Positions 51,442 through 64,000 of a DNA stretch of 64,000 nucleotides are shown here, in pieces; position 1 is the stretch's first letter; each line of letters begins with the position of its first letter. The notes beneath the pieces were generated by a model. The model had not been told where the DNA came from, made no database searches, and saw nothing but the letters and a program-made list of their open reading frames with translations. Source of the DNA: Paramecium tetraurelia (taxonomy: Eukaryota); the NCBI GenBank assembly GCA_000165425.1, contig CT868130.1:496001-560000 (forward strand), written 5' to 3'. Both the position numbers and the translations under genes were made by a program.

Positions 51442-53515
51442 TCACACATATAATGCTAATAAAAATGAATTTATTAGATATATTAATTCCTCCTTAGTTA
51501 CAATATTAATGTTGGAATCTTCAGAATCAGTAGAATTAGAAGTTTAATTTGTGTCTGTTGAATTCAACGCTTAATTTGTATCTGTTGAATTAGATGTTGT
51601 ATCAGTAGAATTAGATGTCGTATCAGTTGAATTAGTAGAAGTATCTGTTGAATTACTGGTAGGATTCGAAGTACTATTGTTGTTTGTATTTGTTGAATTA
51701 GTATCAGAATTTGTATTTGTAGAATTAGTGTTATTTGAAGTTGAATTTGAAGCCGACAAATTTACTGTAAGTAACTCGATTAACTTATAATTATCGCAAA
51801 AACCTCCTCTCAAAACATATCCTGCCTTGCATGAAGTACATTTATTATAATTTGAACACACCAAACAATTCTATGATTATTAGAAGTAATAAATACAGCT
51901 GGGCATCCAATACAATACTTGATATTTTCATTGACATAAGTGGAATCTGGACATTTGTCTAAGCAAGAACCCTTGTATCTATATTTGGTGCATTCTACAC
52001 TGCAATCTTTTGAGGAGTAACCTTACATACAGATACACTAAAATATCATAATTGTAGAATACTTCTGTGTTTATACAAAAACCTTTTGAACTACAAGAAT
52101 TTGGGCATTCATCAACATTTTAACAAAATTCTTCGGGATTTGAAGGACATTTTAAACTGCCATAATAATTTTCAGGAAGTTTAATGCTCTCCGTTTCGGA
52201 ACAATCGAATTCTTTTCCATCAACAACAAGTGATAATTTATTTGATACATCACATTTGTATTATATGCAAGTGTAGTCTGAATATGTTTTTGATTTTGAG
52301 ACTGATCCAGAAATACAAATACTATCAGAACCAAAGTGTTAGATTAAACTTGATGATTTCCAATAGTCGAAATTATCAGGATCCCTGCAATCGTAATTAG
52401 AGTAGATGTATTAATATTTGCATGGTCCTGATAATTATTCAGACATACATTTTGAAACCCCAGATTTATAAAAGGAACAGGACTTGGCTTAATCTACTGA
52501 GCAGAACTCAGAAAAGGTGCCTCCTTAGCATTGTGAATTTGCAAAATCACATCCTTTATTTTTCCCCCATAATGCTTTATCTGGTGAATATTCAGCTATT
52601 CGATAGAATCTTCATATAGATATCATTTTTACCCTGTGTCTTAAAATAGTTCAAATGTAAAATCTGTGATCAAGAAGTTTCCTGTCATGTCAGAACCTGT
52701 CATTATTTCATTGTAATAGAGAGTTCTCTCAAAATGGGAGCCTTGAGTCCCAGATCCTCCATTGTTTTCCATTTGCATTCCTTTTAATGTAGTGCAATTA
52801 AAATGATACTGAACAAAATTAGTTACCCTTGGGGTTGACAAGTAAATCACTTTTGAAACAGTATAGCTATTAGACGTGTTGTAGCTTTCTCCTGTGACTG
52901 AGTCATAATATCTAAAGAAATAATCATCCACAAATCCTAATCCATGTATGATTTCATGCACTGCAGTCTCAACATTATTTTCAAATAGGGAATCCGTCAT
53001 TTCCGACAATTTTGAATAATATATATTCCAAGACACCAAAGCAAAAATCGGTCGTAAAGTTAATTCATCATAAACTGCAGGACCACAATATGCTAAATAA
53101 GTTTCTGAATCTGAATTCTCCACATTTATAAATAAAACCTATATTAAAATAAAGGGGATACTAAATCTGCATCATATTCTTTCTGTTTTAATTCGTTGCT
53201 AATTGTGAATCCAAAAATTGATTTTGGATAACTACTTTAATAAGTAATCTTTTAACTTGATCTCCGAATTAACAAATGTTTTTAAAAGAATGTAGTTGTG
53301 ATTCCCAGTACAGTTTATAAAAATTTCACTGATGCAGGATCGTATGTATTATCCAAAAATTCATAATGAATCCTTAATGGTTCCCAAGTTAAAGAAGTTA
53401 TATTTGGTTTACTCTCCTCTAATTTCCGTTTTGATCCTTCACTCAACTTATAGTTCAATAACGATTCAGCATCAATGCAAGCCAACATTAGGAATGAAAA
53501 TATAAACGAAAACAT
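51442..53515 (-). CDS. Leishmanolysin/GP63-like M8 metalloprotease, probably GPI-anchored
   Basis: Signal peptide; HEIIHGLGF zinc motif; ENNGGSGTQGSHFER..NEIMT; Cys-rich domain, S/T/N stalk and hydrophobic tail. Confidence 0.93.
51520..51750 (-). repeat. Imperfect 21-nt coding repeats (NSTDTTS-like) in the leishmanolysin stalk
   Basis: ORF track: TSNSTDTSTNSTDTTSNSTDTTSNSTDTN. Confidence 0.75.
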
Positions 53516-54164
53516 CTAATTAATTTAATATTTTTTTAAAAATATCATTTTTTGAACTTATTTCTGATTTCATAATATGTATGTCTAAATTATTTTACTT
53601 TATAATAGCCACATAATATTTGTTTATAATTTACAAGAATGATAATAATCATTATTTGGTATAGAATTTATAAGATACAATCTAAGTCAATAAAGAGGAG
53701 ATATCCTTTTGGAGAATCCTTCTATTTGACATAGTACTCAATAGACTCGGTGTAAGGAAGTTTCAACAAAATTTATTATGATACTTAATATAAATTTATT
53801 CTCTTTCATTGTTTAATCAGTTTGTGTTCTATAAATTTGATTAGAATGAAATTCTTATGATTTACTCTCTACTAATATACATCATGATGTCTAAATTTTC
53901 ATTTACTCTTAATTTTAACTATAGATTTAAAAGTCTCACTAAAACCATAAAAATACAAAGTTAATTAGAGTTAATTCACTCATAACAAAAACATGAAATC
54001 TTTAGCAATTAGTATTTTTAAAAAGCATCTTGATATAATTATGGTTTGAGTAGTTTAAAAGTAAATTAGTTTTAGTATCACTTATTATTAAAATATTTTT
54101 GGAAAAAAAGAATAAAACAATATAGTTTTTCCATTAATTTTATAATTAACAATAATAAATTTTT

Positions 54165-57100
54165 ATGATTAAAAACTCTGATTTGGAAGGGGATCTCATG
54201 ATTGTTACTATCATTCCGTTAAGAATAATAGGAAGTAGAAAAATATTTGGGAGTATATTGTCAATTGTAACTCTTTTTATATTTTCTTTGATGTATTTTA
54301 AAACATAAAATATTAAGATGTCGATGGTTTATATCAATAAAATTACGTTTTTATTACAACGAAGAAAAGGAAATTTTGTATGCAACCCATTTACTTATTA
54401 TCAATTTACATGGAGAGAAGGAAATACACAAAGTTAAAAGGAATACGAATTCAAATTGCATTTATTTTAAATATAGACATATAGAATATAACTTTGAAGA
54501 TAATAAATTTCATCCTTTAGATACAGGCTACGTTGGGAAGGATTTCGACTCATAAAATGTAAATCCATTAAGTGAAGGAAAAGTTTTTGAATTAAATCGA
54601 ACATTTGGAAACTGTGAAGTTTTGGTTCCCATTCCAAGTATCACTTCATTTTTTGAGAATGAACTCACATCTCCACTTTATTTCACTTAATATACTTCAA
54701 TCACTGTCTTCATGTTAGAGGGCTTTTACTAGTTAGCAATCCTATAACCAATTATAGCATTGTTGACATCTTTAATAAATTACATTATTCTAAGAAGAGC
54801 TATGCAATAGTTAAAGAAGAAAGCAGAGAACTATTAGTAGATTTCAGTATTTAGATAGAATATATCTGGTAAGGTGGAATGCATTACAATCAATTCAATT
54901 GAGTTAGTTCCTGGAGATGTAATCTAAATATTCTGTAATTAAATATTGCCGTGTGATGGTTTGATATTAACTGGAGAAGTATTGGTTGACGAATAATCAT
55001 TAACAGGAGAATCAATTCCTGTGTAAAAGGAACATGTAACAAAAGATCTCTTGACTAACTTCAATTATTAAACCTACAAAAAATCAATCTTGTTTGATGG
55101 AACCAAAGTTTTAGATATCAAAAACACAGTAAAGGTTCTAGTCTTAAGAACGGGGTATTTATCCTACAAAGGGTAAATATTTCGAAATGCCTTATACCCT
55201 AAACCACCAAAAATCATATTTTTTATAGATGCAGTTAAATTCCTAGTGATAATTGCTGCTTTGATCATTGCATTGTATTTTGGATTACTATGGAAGATGG
55301 TTCTATTAGATTATGATCCAAGTCTCATTGCTTTGAGATTAGGAGATGCAATAGTGTGGATTCTACCTCCAAATATAGTAACAGTTGTGAATCTTACGAT
55401 GACAGCAACCCTTAGCAGATTGAAATTAAAAAAGATTCTAGGAACTCAACCAGATAAAACTTTAGAAGCATCGTAAACAGATGTTATTTGTTTTGATAAG
55501 ACAGGCACTTTAACAACCAATGAAATCAAAGTGAAATATGTATTTGATGATAAAAATAATAAAGTGTAATCAATATCAGATAGATAAATATTATAAATAT
55601 TGATGTCTTCCTGTCATCAATGTTACTTATTAGATAATTAATTGATAGGTGATACCTTAGAAATTGCTATGATAAATTATTCAAAACTAAATATTTAATA
55701 AGATAGTGAGTGTAAATTTAAAGTCATTTTAAATGAGAATGATTCAAATTTGGGGAGTTAAGAAATCACTTTGAAAGTGATTAAGATTTTTGAGTTTTCA
55801 AGCAACTTATAAAGGATGGGTGTGATAGCAATGAGTGATTAAATTATAAGAGAGAACCAAGAAAAAAGTCAAGGAGACACCAAGATCTAAAGTTATTAAT
55901 ACTTTTATTTTACTAAAGGATCAGCTGAAAAGATATCCTAATTGTGTATGTCTACACCAGAAGGATTTAAAGATTTAATAACTTAGGAATCTCTCAAAGG
56001 GATGAGAATTATAAGTGCTGGATATAAGAGAATAGATTCATAGGATATTCATAAATCTTAAAATGAATTAGAATAACGCTTGAACTATTTGGGATCCATC
56101 ATTTTTGAAAACGAATTAAAAAACGATTCAGCATAAACAATTGAAGAATTAAAGAAGGCTTAATTAAAAATGAAAATAATAAGCGGAGATCATATCTTAA
56201 GTTGCATAAATTGTGGAATTGAAAGTGGAATAATTGAATTTTAATAGTTAACCATTGTAATTGATTATGATGTCGAGTAGAATGATCTCACACTATAGGA
56301 GTTGAATAATAATCAAATAAAAGAATTAGAAGGAAAGAGTATTAATTAATCATCTTATGAGATGCTCTAATCACTTTTACCAAGTTCATTATATGTAAAT
56401 TCTATTTATGCTACTAAGACACATTAGAACTATTAATGGGCAATGAGTGGTTAGGCGTTTGAATATCTTAAAGATAAGAAGATACTAAATGAACTCATCT
56501 ATTTATGTTAAATCTTTGGCAGAATGAGTCCATCTCAGAAGAGTGAGGTAGTGAAAATACTATAGGAGCAAAGACTTCACGTGTGTATGATAGGTGATGG
56601 GTCAAATGATTGTCATGCTTTAAAATAATCAAACATAGGTATATCATTTTAGCAATGTGATGCAGCCTTAACTGCTTCCTTTGTTAATACTAATGATAGC
56701 ATAAATTGTATAATTGAAGTACTATTATAGAGCAAAGCTACGTCATGTAATGTTATGGAGATTTTCAAATATTATATGATTATAAATGTAAGTAAATATG
56801 TATCTGCATAATTGATGATGTATCAGATGCAGAATTTCAACAATGAAGAACTATTGTATCTGAATTATTTGAGTAATATTCCAATTGTTGCGTTGCAAAC
56901 CTTGACTCCTCCTTCTAGGAAATTGACGAAAGACAAAATTAACACTTCAATGATCAGCTTATCAAACTTCATTCCTATTTTGATTATACTTATCTTTAGC
57001 GGATTGAATATGTTGGGAAGTTATCTAATCCTTTATTATTAAGAATGGTATGTACCATATGATAACAATGAGAATGATACAAGATATTTCTTTTATGGAG

Positions 57101-57417
57101 ATATGAACACTTAACAGTTCCTCAACATGAATATTTATTTTTTATTATCTTTTTATTCCATCAATACTTATGGACCGTTTAAGATACCATTTTGGAAACA
57201 ACACCATTTGAATATTCCAGTCTTGGCATTCTTGATTTTGGGGATACTTATTTAATTTGTAGAAATGGGCTCTATTGATAATTATTTGGGGTTAACAGAT
57301 ATCAAGTTGAATGGCTAATATGAACTCAATTAATTCTATTTCAACATCACAATCTCAATGATAGTTATATTGATAGGAAGATTAGCATGGATTAAATAAT
57401 ATATATATTAATAATGA
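54165..57417 (+). CDS. P-type ATPase, P5 (ATP13A-like) subfamily
   Basis: LVPGD, LPCDG, LTGESIPV, CFDKTGTLT, FSSNLQRMGV, KGSAEKI, ISGDH, FGRMSPSQK, MIGDGSNDCHALK. Confidence 0.92.
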
Positions 57418-58949
57418 TTATAAATAAAACTTAATCAAACTTGAATAATATCAATTTCAATGATATTATAATTCCAATAAAGTTGCAGCATCCCTCCAGA
57501 AGAGTTCAAGTCCTGGAAACTGGCAAGGCAATGCAATTATTGAAAAGCTATCAAAAAACACCCTAGATTCTAACAGAATTCCATTCTCCAATAATAGTCA
57601 ATAGTATAAAATTAAGGAAAGACTCTAATTATTCATTACAACAATCATAGCAATTAACTGATAAGGAAACCAAACCATCCAAGATTGAATAAGAACTCAT
57701 CCCTAGCAAATTTAAATAAATTAATCTTCAAAGCAGTTTACCCTAGATTCCACTCTCAACAATGAATACCTAAACTAAATTAAACGATTTAACTCGAACT
57801 AGCAAACTGGTTCAATCACCCAAAAACAGTGATACAAAAAGATCGTTAGTGAGATCATAATTTAAAACGAATAGCAACAATCACAAAAATAATCTGACCA
57901 ACAATTCCACAACCACTGGAAGTAGCAAAGATTCAAGCTAAAATTAAATCAACTAATAGTATTAAATCTATGCCAAAAATATTATCTATTCTTATTGTGG
58001 AAAACCAAGAAAGCGAAGAGTAAATGTTTCTGCTAAAAGTTTCATTGTTTATGATTGCATCGAAAATAGGATAGTTTCTTAGAGAAAGTGTAACAAGAGG
58101 ATGGAAATAGCTAGTTTAACCAAGATTATGACATTCTACATAACGATGGTTATCTTAGCAAAATTCAATCTAAATTCTAAAGAAATTAGAGTCAAGGTTA
58201 CTAAAAAGGCCTCAGAGACCATTGGCACAACATCTGAATTGAAATACAATGACATCTTGACTATCCAGGATTTATTGTATGGATTGATGCTACCCTCAGG
58301 AAATGATGCTGCAATTCTCATTGCCTAGACCATTGGCACAATTATGTAAGGGTTTAAAATTATTCAGTTAGATTATTTTATGAATCCAATAAGTACTTGG
58401 ATAGTACATTGATAGATATTGAACAAATGAGTGCTGAAGGACATTATTATAATGTTGAATTGAAGACTCAATTATGTCCTATTGAAATTTTCATTAGCAA
58501 AATGAATTATTATTCAAATTTGATGGGTTAATAAAACACTCAATTTGCATGTGTTCATGGATTGGCTAATGAAGATAATGTATGTAAATCTCTTATCCTA
58601 GTATTCAAGTTGTCATGACATTGTGTTATTATCATTAGAATGTTTGAAATATGATATATTTCATTAAGTCATCTCCTGTAAGGAATACATTTCCAAATCA
58701 TTAAACAATAACAAATATTACGAGTGGAAAAATACAAACAAATTATTAGAAAAAGGATTTTTTGGTATTAAAACAGGCATAACTGATTCTGCTGGTCCTT
58801 GTCTTGCAAGTGCTTATCGGTCTAATGAAAAGGAATATTACATCATTGTTGTATTGAGCTGTAAGAATTTGCAACTGAGATTTGATGAAACTATTTCATT
58901 GTTATAACATGCAAAATACAAAAAGTCTTTGAATTCTATTATATAATGA
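57414..58949 (+). CDS. D-alanyl-D-alanine carboxypeptidase-like serine peptidase (S11, PBP5/6 fold) with low-complexity N-terminal extension
   Basis: IASLTKIMT (SxxK), LPSGNDAA (SxN), HGL, GIKTGITDSAGPCL (KTG); two tiny introns; start either 57414 or the in-frame ATG at 57531. Confidence 0.88.
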
Positions 58950-59451
58950 ATTAACCATATAAATACTTATTCAAATACAATTCTAAGTTTAATTAATTAC
59001 TGAAAAAATATACAAGAAAATTAAGTAAAATTAAATTGTCATATCCAAAAAAGTAAATTATGTAATAGATTTATCAAAATGAATAAAATTAGGTACTAAT
59101 AGTAGTTTTATTCAATATAAATTTAAGGTTAAATGATATCAATCTAATTGTGTTGATAATTCTTTATATGTATTCATATGTATATTATAGATTTATCATA
59201 TTAAAAAAAATCATATTATTTGATAAATCTGCTTAATTACTTTACTCTTGATTTATACCTTTTGAAAACTAAATCTAACCTTTCCTTTATTCATTCAGAT
59301 AGAAATCTAGAAGGAAATTTCAATTCAGAAACTTAATATTTAGACAGTATTCTTTTTATATACATAGTATTTTCTAGAAACTTTAACATAAATTATATTG
59401 AATTTTAAAGTAATCTTTTTTTACAGAAATAAAATAATTAAAAAATTAGTA

Positions 59452-60106
59452 ATGCAAAAGACAATGTAAATTTTATTCTCGAAATTTCTCTAGCTCCCCC
59501 ATAGTTAAATGGTCTTAAAGAAAAGAAAATGTGTTTTTAACAGTTGAAGTGAGAGATTTGAAAGATGAAAAGGTTGACTTGACTTCAAACTCACTTAAAT
59601 TTTCAGCTACTGCAGAAGGTGTTAATTATACTTTTGAAATTAATTTCTTTGCTGAAGTTGTTGTCGAAGTACTTTCATTAATTATATCATTTAGGAAAGT
59701 AAATGGACCAATTATGGGTTGAACGTCAGATTTATTTTATCAAAGAAAGATAAAACTGCTTCATATTGGACTAGATTAATCAAAGAGACACACAAATTAC
59801 AATACTTATAGGTTTGATATATTTTCTAATAAAAGGTCGATTGGACAAAGTATATCGATGAAGATGATGAGGCTGAAGAGGGAGGCAAAGGTTTGGACGA
59901 TTGGGATTAGAACAAATTCTAAAATTTCGATTAAGGTGGTGCAGATGAGGATGACGAAGAGGCTGAAGAGGAATAGCCAAAGGAGGGTATGAATTGAAGC
60001 CATAATTTTAGGAAATGTTGACGATTTAGATAAGGAAGAAGAAGTCTAAAAAAATGATCAAGCCCCATAGGAAGGTGAATAGGAGAAATAAGCAGAGAGT
60101 AATTGA
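59452..60106 (+). CDS. Hsp90 co-chaperone p23 (CS domain) with acidic tail
   Basis: PIVKWSQRKENVFLTVEV...YWTRLIKE...VDWTKYIDEDDEAEE. Confidence 0.9.
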
Positions 60107-60261
60107 TAATGATATTATATCTATGTTTAAATAAGAAGATGTATGTTTTCTGTCCTTTATCATTATAATAAAGGCTATTGATGGTTCTTTTTGAATTCTA
60201 TTGTGCTATTTAATTAAAACCAATCGATATATGAAAATAATAATAAAATATATTTTCATTA

Positions 60262-60654
60262 TCATTTGTTTTTGCTTTATTTAAGAATTGAAAATAAGAT
60301 AACTTCATTTTCTGTTTACTCCTCTTTAAACTTCTGATCAAGTCGAGGGTTTATCTTTTCTTTATCTATGCCTTGGGTACACAATTGTAAGGTATCCTTA
60401 ATCTAAACTACTTCTTCTTCTGGTTCGAAAACGCAAACAGTGATGAAATTATCAAAGTTAATTCCATATCCACTGCCTTTTGCAATCTTCCTTCCTTTGC
60501 TATCATATCGATCACTCCGAGATGATTTATATCTAATTTTCTTCCTTTAAATGATTATTGGTTCAAAGTCATCAGGCTCTTCAGGCACATCTTCTTGATC
60601 GTCCACCTAAGCTCTACTTAGAACCAATTTGGGTCCTAAACAACTCGTTCGCAT
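60262..60654 (-). CDS. Hypothetical 130-aa protein
   Basis: Intronless code-6 ORF MRTSCLGPK...RYDSKGRKIAKGSGYGINFD...KNK*; 393 nt. Confidence 0.6.
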
Positions 60655-60844
60655 GGAAAAGCTAATTATTAATATAATAAACTTTCATTTTTGTTAATAA
60701 ATAAAAGGAATCTCAAAAAATTATAACATTTACATTCAATAAGAATTATCGAAGATATACTTTTAATAATTAAAGCATCAATAAAAATAAATATGCAAAT
60801 TCTGCTTATCACTATAACAAAATAAATTAAATTATTTAATATTC

Positions 60845-62413
60845 ATGCAGCACAAGGAAGATTCAAATCTAAATGAAACTATTGATAATTCAACTAATCA
60901 AGAGTTTACCTACTTTGATGAAATTTTAACATATATTGGTTTTAGTAATTGATGTCAATAATAACACTTTTTTAGGAAAATATTAAATTTATGTCTTTAT
61001 TATAGTTGGTTTAATTGGAATGTGCGATGGAGGAGAGACATAAGCTATTTCCATAGTATTTCCAATTTTGGAAAAGGAATGGGGAGTTAGTGATTCCTAG
61101 AAAAGTCTCTTAGGATCATTAATATATATTGGTTATTTTGTAGGATCTCTATTTTCAGGCATATTTGCTGATAAATATGGAAGAAGATCATCTCTGATAT
61201 GGGCATCAGGAGTTATGTTTGTTTGTGCTATAATTGGGGCCTTCATGCCCAATTTTATATCCTATATGATATTTGTATGACTTTAAACTATTGTAGAGAA
61301 TATTCTTAGTTACTTGTGTTGGGTTTATCATTCCAGTTTCATTTAGTATGTTAGCTGAAAATACTCCTTTGAAAAGCAGGGGAATAGTGTTGGTTACAAT
61401 TGGGTTTTTTTATACTGCAGGAGAGTAAGCATATCAAAATATGTAGATTAACTGTTTGTTTACTTACATACATATTCATGCCGAATTTGGTTTCAGGAAA
61501 TTGGAGAGCAGTACTTTGCTGGGCTTCTGCTCCAGCTCTAATAACATTTCTGATCTCAAATTTCCTTTTATTAGAAAGTCCAAGATATCATTTGATTAAA
61601 GGGAATGTCACACAAGCCTCTGAAGTAATAGAGAAAATATTTTAATTAAATAACAAAAAGGCAGTCCTAATACCCATCAACACATATCAAAATATTTCAT
61701 AAGAATTAATCAAATAAGAGAGAGAGGAATAAGGATTGTAGGAAGATTTAAAAGATAAATCATTTTTTGCCTCATATTTTATCCAATTTAGAAAACTTCT
61801 TAAAAATTAATTTATTAAAATCACTTTAGTTGTTTGGTATTAATGGTTTGTAAATACATTTGTTTATGCAGGAGTCACATTTTTATTACCCCTAACATTA
61901 CAAAAATTAAACCCTGATGAACCTCAAGACGATGATATTGAAGATATTAAAGTTATTACTTTGAGTTGTTTAGGTGAGATACCTGTGATTTTTGTTGCCA
62001 TGATTATTGTAAATATCAAAATTTTTGGAAGGAAGAATTCTTTATTCTTATCTTACTTTGGAGTGGGTTTAGTTGGATTATTGATTGCAATAATAGCAAA
62101 TGGTGGTTATTTCTTTGCTTCAATGATTTTCTTTTTGAAAATGTTTATTAGTTTCTCATTCACTGTATCTTATCAATTTGTAAGTGAACTTTACCCAACT
62201 TATATGAGAGCTAGTGGATTGGGATTTGCATCATCAGTAGGAAGATTAGGTAGCATTATTATGCCATGGATTGTTGTCTATATAAATGACATAGGCACTT
62301 TTCTATCATATGGAATTTTTGGGATTATAGCTATGGTAGCAGCTATAGCAACTCTATTATTACCATTTGATACGTATCAAAGAGAATTAGATAAAGTAGT
62401 AACAAAATAATGA
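60845..62413 (+). CDS. MFS transporter, SV2/SVOP-like
   Basis: FADKYGRR motif A, AENTPLKSRG, LLESPRYHL, SELYPTYMRASGLGFASSVGRLGS; TGA 62411-62413. Confidence 0.92.
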
Positions 62414-62439
62414 TAATTGTGTATTGTATATTTAAATAT

Positions 62440-63381
62440 TCAATCACTTACAAAATCTTCATCTAATACTATTCCAAAATCATCATCATTTTAGTATTCT
62501 GTTTCTAATTCTAGTTTTTGGGCCATTTTATTATATACTGAACTTTATTTCTGAGATTTAGACTGATTTAATGCAGCCTAAAATTCTGAATAATAATTTA
62601 ATTATTAATTGTCTATTTGATTCATAGAATTAGTTTCAGTTGATCTATTTGGCTTCCTTCTTGTTTCATTAAATTACATAATTTCATCAAATTGTTATTA
62701 TTCTTTTGTCTTTTTAGGTTATTATAAGGATTTCGAAATCTTATACAACAATTTCTTAAGTCTTTCTTCACACTATGGAACTGAGAACCCTGTTTCTTAT
62801 TCAAAGTTGCTCAACGGAATTCCATAAAATGCATATGCTAAAAGCCTTGCATCTTTTTCATTGTTCCATTTATGCAATTGATTTGCTAAACCTTTTTATT
62901 TAAACTAATCCTAAATGTATTTAGGATATCTTTCAGGTATTCTCTTAAATATTTCACTCCAATCTCCATTATATAGTTCATATAAAAATATTAACATCTC
63001 TTCATCCTCCTTATACCAATACTAATTCAAAAGCACTAAGTCTTTATCCTCTCCTTCTAAATTTAAACAAGAATCTCTTATTTTGGCAAACCTTCTTTTG
63101 CATGAAGCAATGTCTTTAGTTTTAACAACTTTCTACACCATTTCCCAATCTTTACCGAGCTTATCAACCATTTATAACAGTAAAATATCTTCATTTAATT
63201 CCCAAATAGGTTTAGGCTTTTGATTTATCAGGTTTTTATATCTCTCTTCTAACAATGGTTTGGATTTGATATTCATCACTTTTGCAATCTTATCCCAATC
63301 CCTTCCATATATCTCCACTCCCTAAAGTAATTAATTATCCTCTTATTTAGTCCATGTTCTTCCTGGTTATACCTTTTTCAT
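62440..63381 (-). CDS. Multi-repeat Myb/SANT-domain protein
   Basis: RTWTKQEDNQLLQGVEIYGRDWDKIA...PIWELNEDILLLQMVDKLGKDWE; 942 nt in frame. Confidence 0.8.
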
Positions 63382-63423
63382 TTAAATTACTGTACTAAAT
63401 GGAACTTCACATTTAATTCATAT

Positions 63424-64000
63424 TCACTAAATATTACAATACTATTTATTTTATTAATAAAAATCATTAAAATATATTGTAATTTCTAAAGAAACTTAAT
63501 TAAACGATTCTATTCCTTTGAAAAAAGAGTCAAACCTTATGATTTCCTCCTTTAAATTACTAATGAAAGAGTCTAAAATTAAAAAATAAAAAAATATGCA
63601 AATCTTTAATAAAATACTATAAGTTTACAATAATTTAAACAGAAAGTTATTTAAATATATATGTAACAATTTATCGACTGTATAAATCAAATCTTAACAT
63701 CATATTCTCTTTTTTTATTTTTTGTTATCACCTTCCTCTTCAATTAAGCCTAATGCTTCTTCTTCAATTGATTAGGGTTAGTAAACATAGGGTTGTGGCT
63801 TCAGGATTTCAAGTAACCCATTTTCACTAAATAACAAATAACAATCTTTCAATTATTTAATATGTCTAATCTATTCAGTAGAATTGGTCTCATACAAGGC
63901 AACTACCTATTATTTTTCATTCTTTTGATAGATCTCCTTACCATTACCTACAAAATATTTAAATTCATTATCAGCCATAACATCTATTAGATAATCTTCA
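63424..64000 (-). CDS. 3' part of a hypothetical gene entering from the right edge
   Basis: Coding-like frame (...QSIEEEALGLIEEEGDNKK...) on the minus strand; stop position uncertain. Confidence 0.3.

Noticed and set aside
53639..53781. ~47-codon code-6 ORF between leishmanolysin and the P5 ATPase
   Set aside because: It is short with no motif; such ORFs arise easily when TGA is the only stop.
57414..58949. Bacterial contamination as the source of the S11 gene
   Set aside because: The gene uses in-frame TAA/TAG, has two tiny spliceosomal introns, and matches flanking base composition.
1..64000. Retained IESs, transposons, telomeric repeats, tRNA/rRNA genes, TGA recoding
   Set aside because: The frame breaks examined in identifiable genes are explained by GT..AG introns. 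No transposase, G4T2/G3T3 tracts, RNA-gene structures or in-frame TGA in conserved domains were seen by eye; frame-preserving IESs cannot be excluded.

Overview
AT-rich, very gene-dense eukaryotic DNA that reads as a ciliate macronuclear chromosome segment, Paramecium-like. TAA/TAG translate as Gln, TGA is the only stop, and genes carry tiny (~20-31 nt) GT..AG introns, so the supplied standard-code ORF track fragments nearly every gene. Re-reading by eye with genetic code 6 gives about 33 genes. These include two MORN proteins, an ANP32-like LRR protein, a UBTD-like protein, IFT38/CLUAP1, a Q-rich longin-like protein, a FOP/CEP43-like protein, two CAMK-like kinases and an ankyrin protein. A ~21 kb surface/secretory cluster holds two mini-antigens, a ~2237-aa surface antigen, a giant furin-like-repeat membrane protein and a divergent cystatin pair. 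The rest comprises three Myb genes, MPC, a scramblase, a glycine-zipper protein, a triple-domain GST ending in a CaaX box, Kelch-BTB, leishmanolysin, a P5 ATPase, a PBP-like S11 DD-carboxypeptidase, p23 and an SV2/SVOP-like MFS transporter. No RNA genes, mobile elements or CRISPR arrays were supportable. All family calls come from motif recognition without database searches, and some boundaries are approximate.
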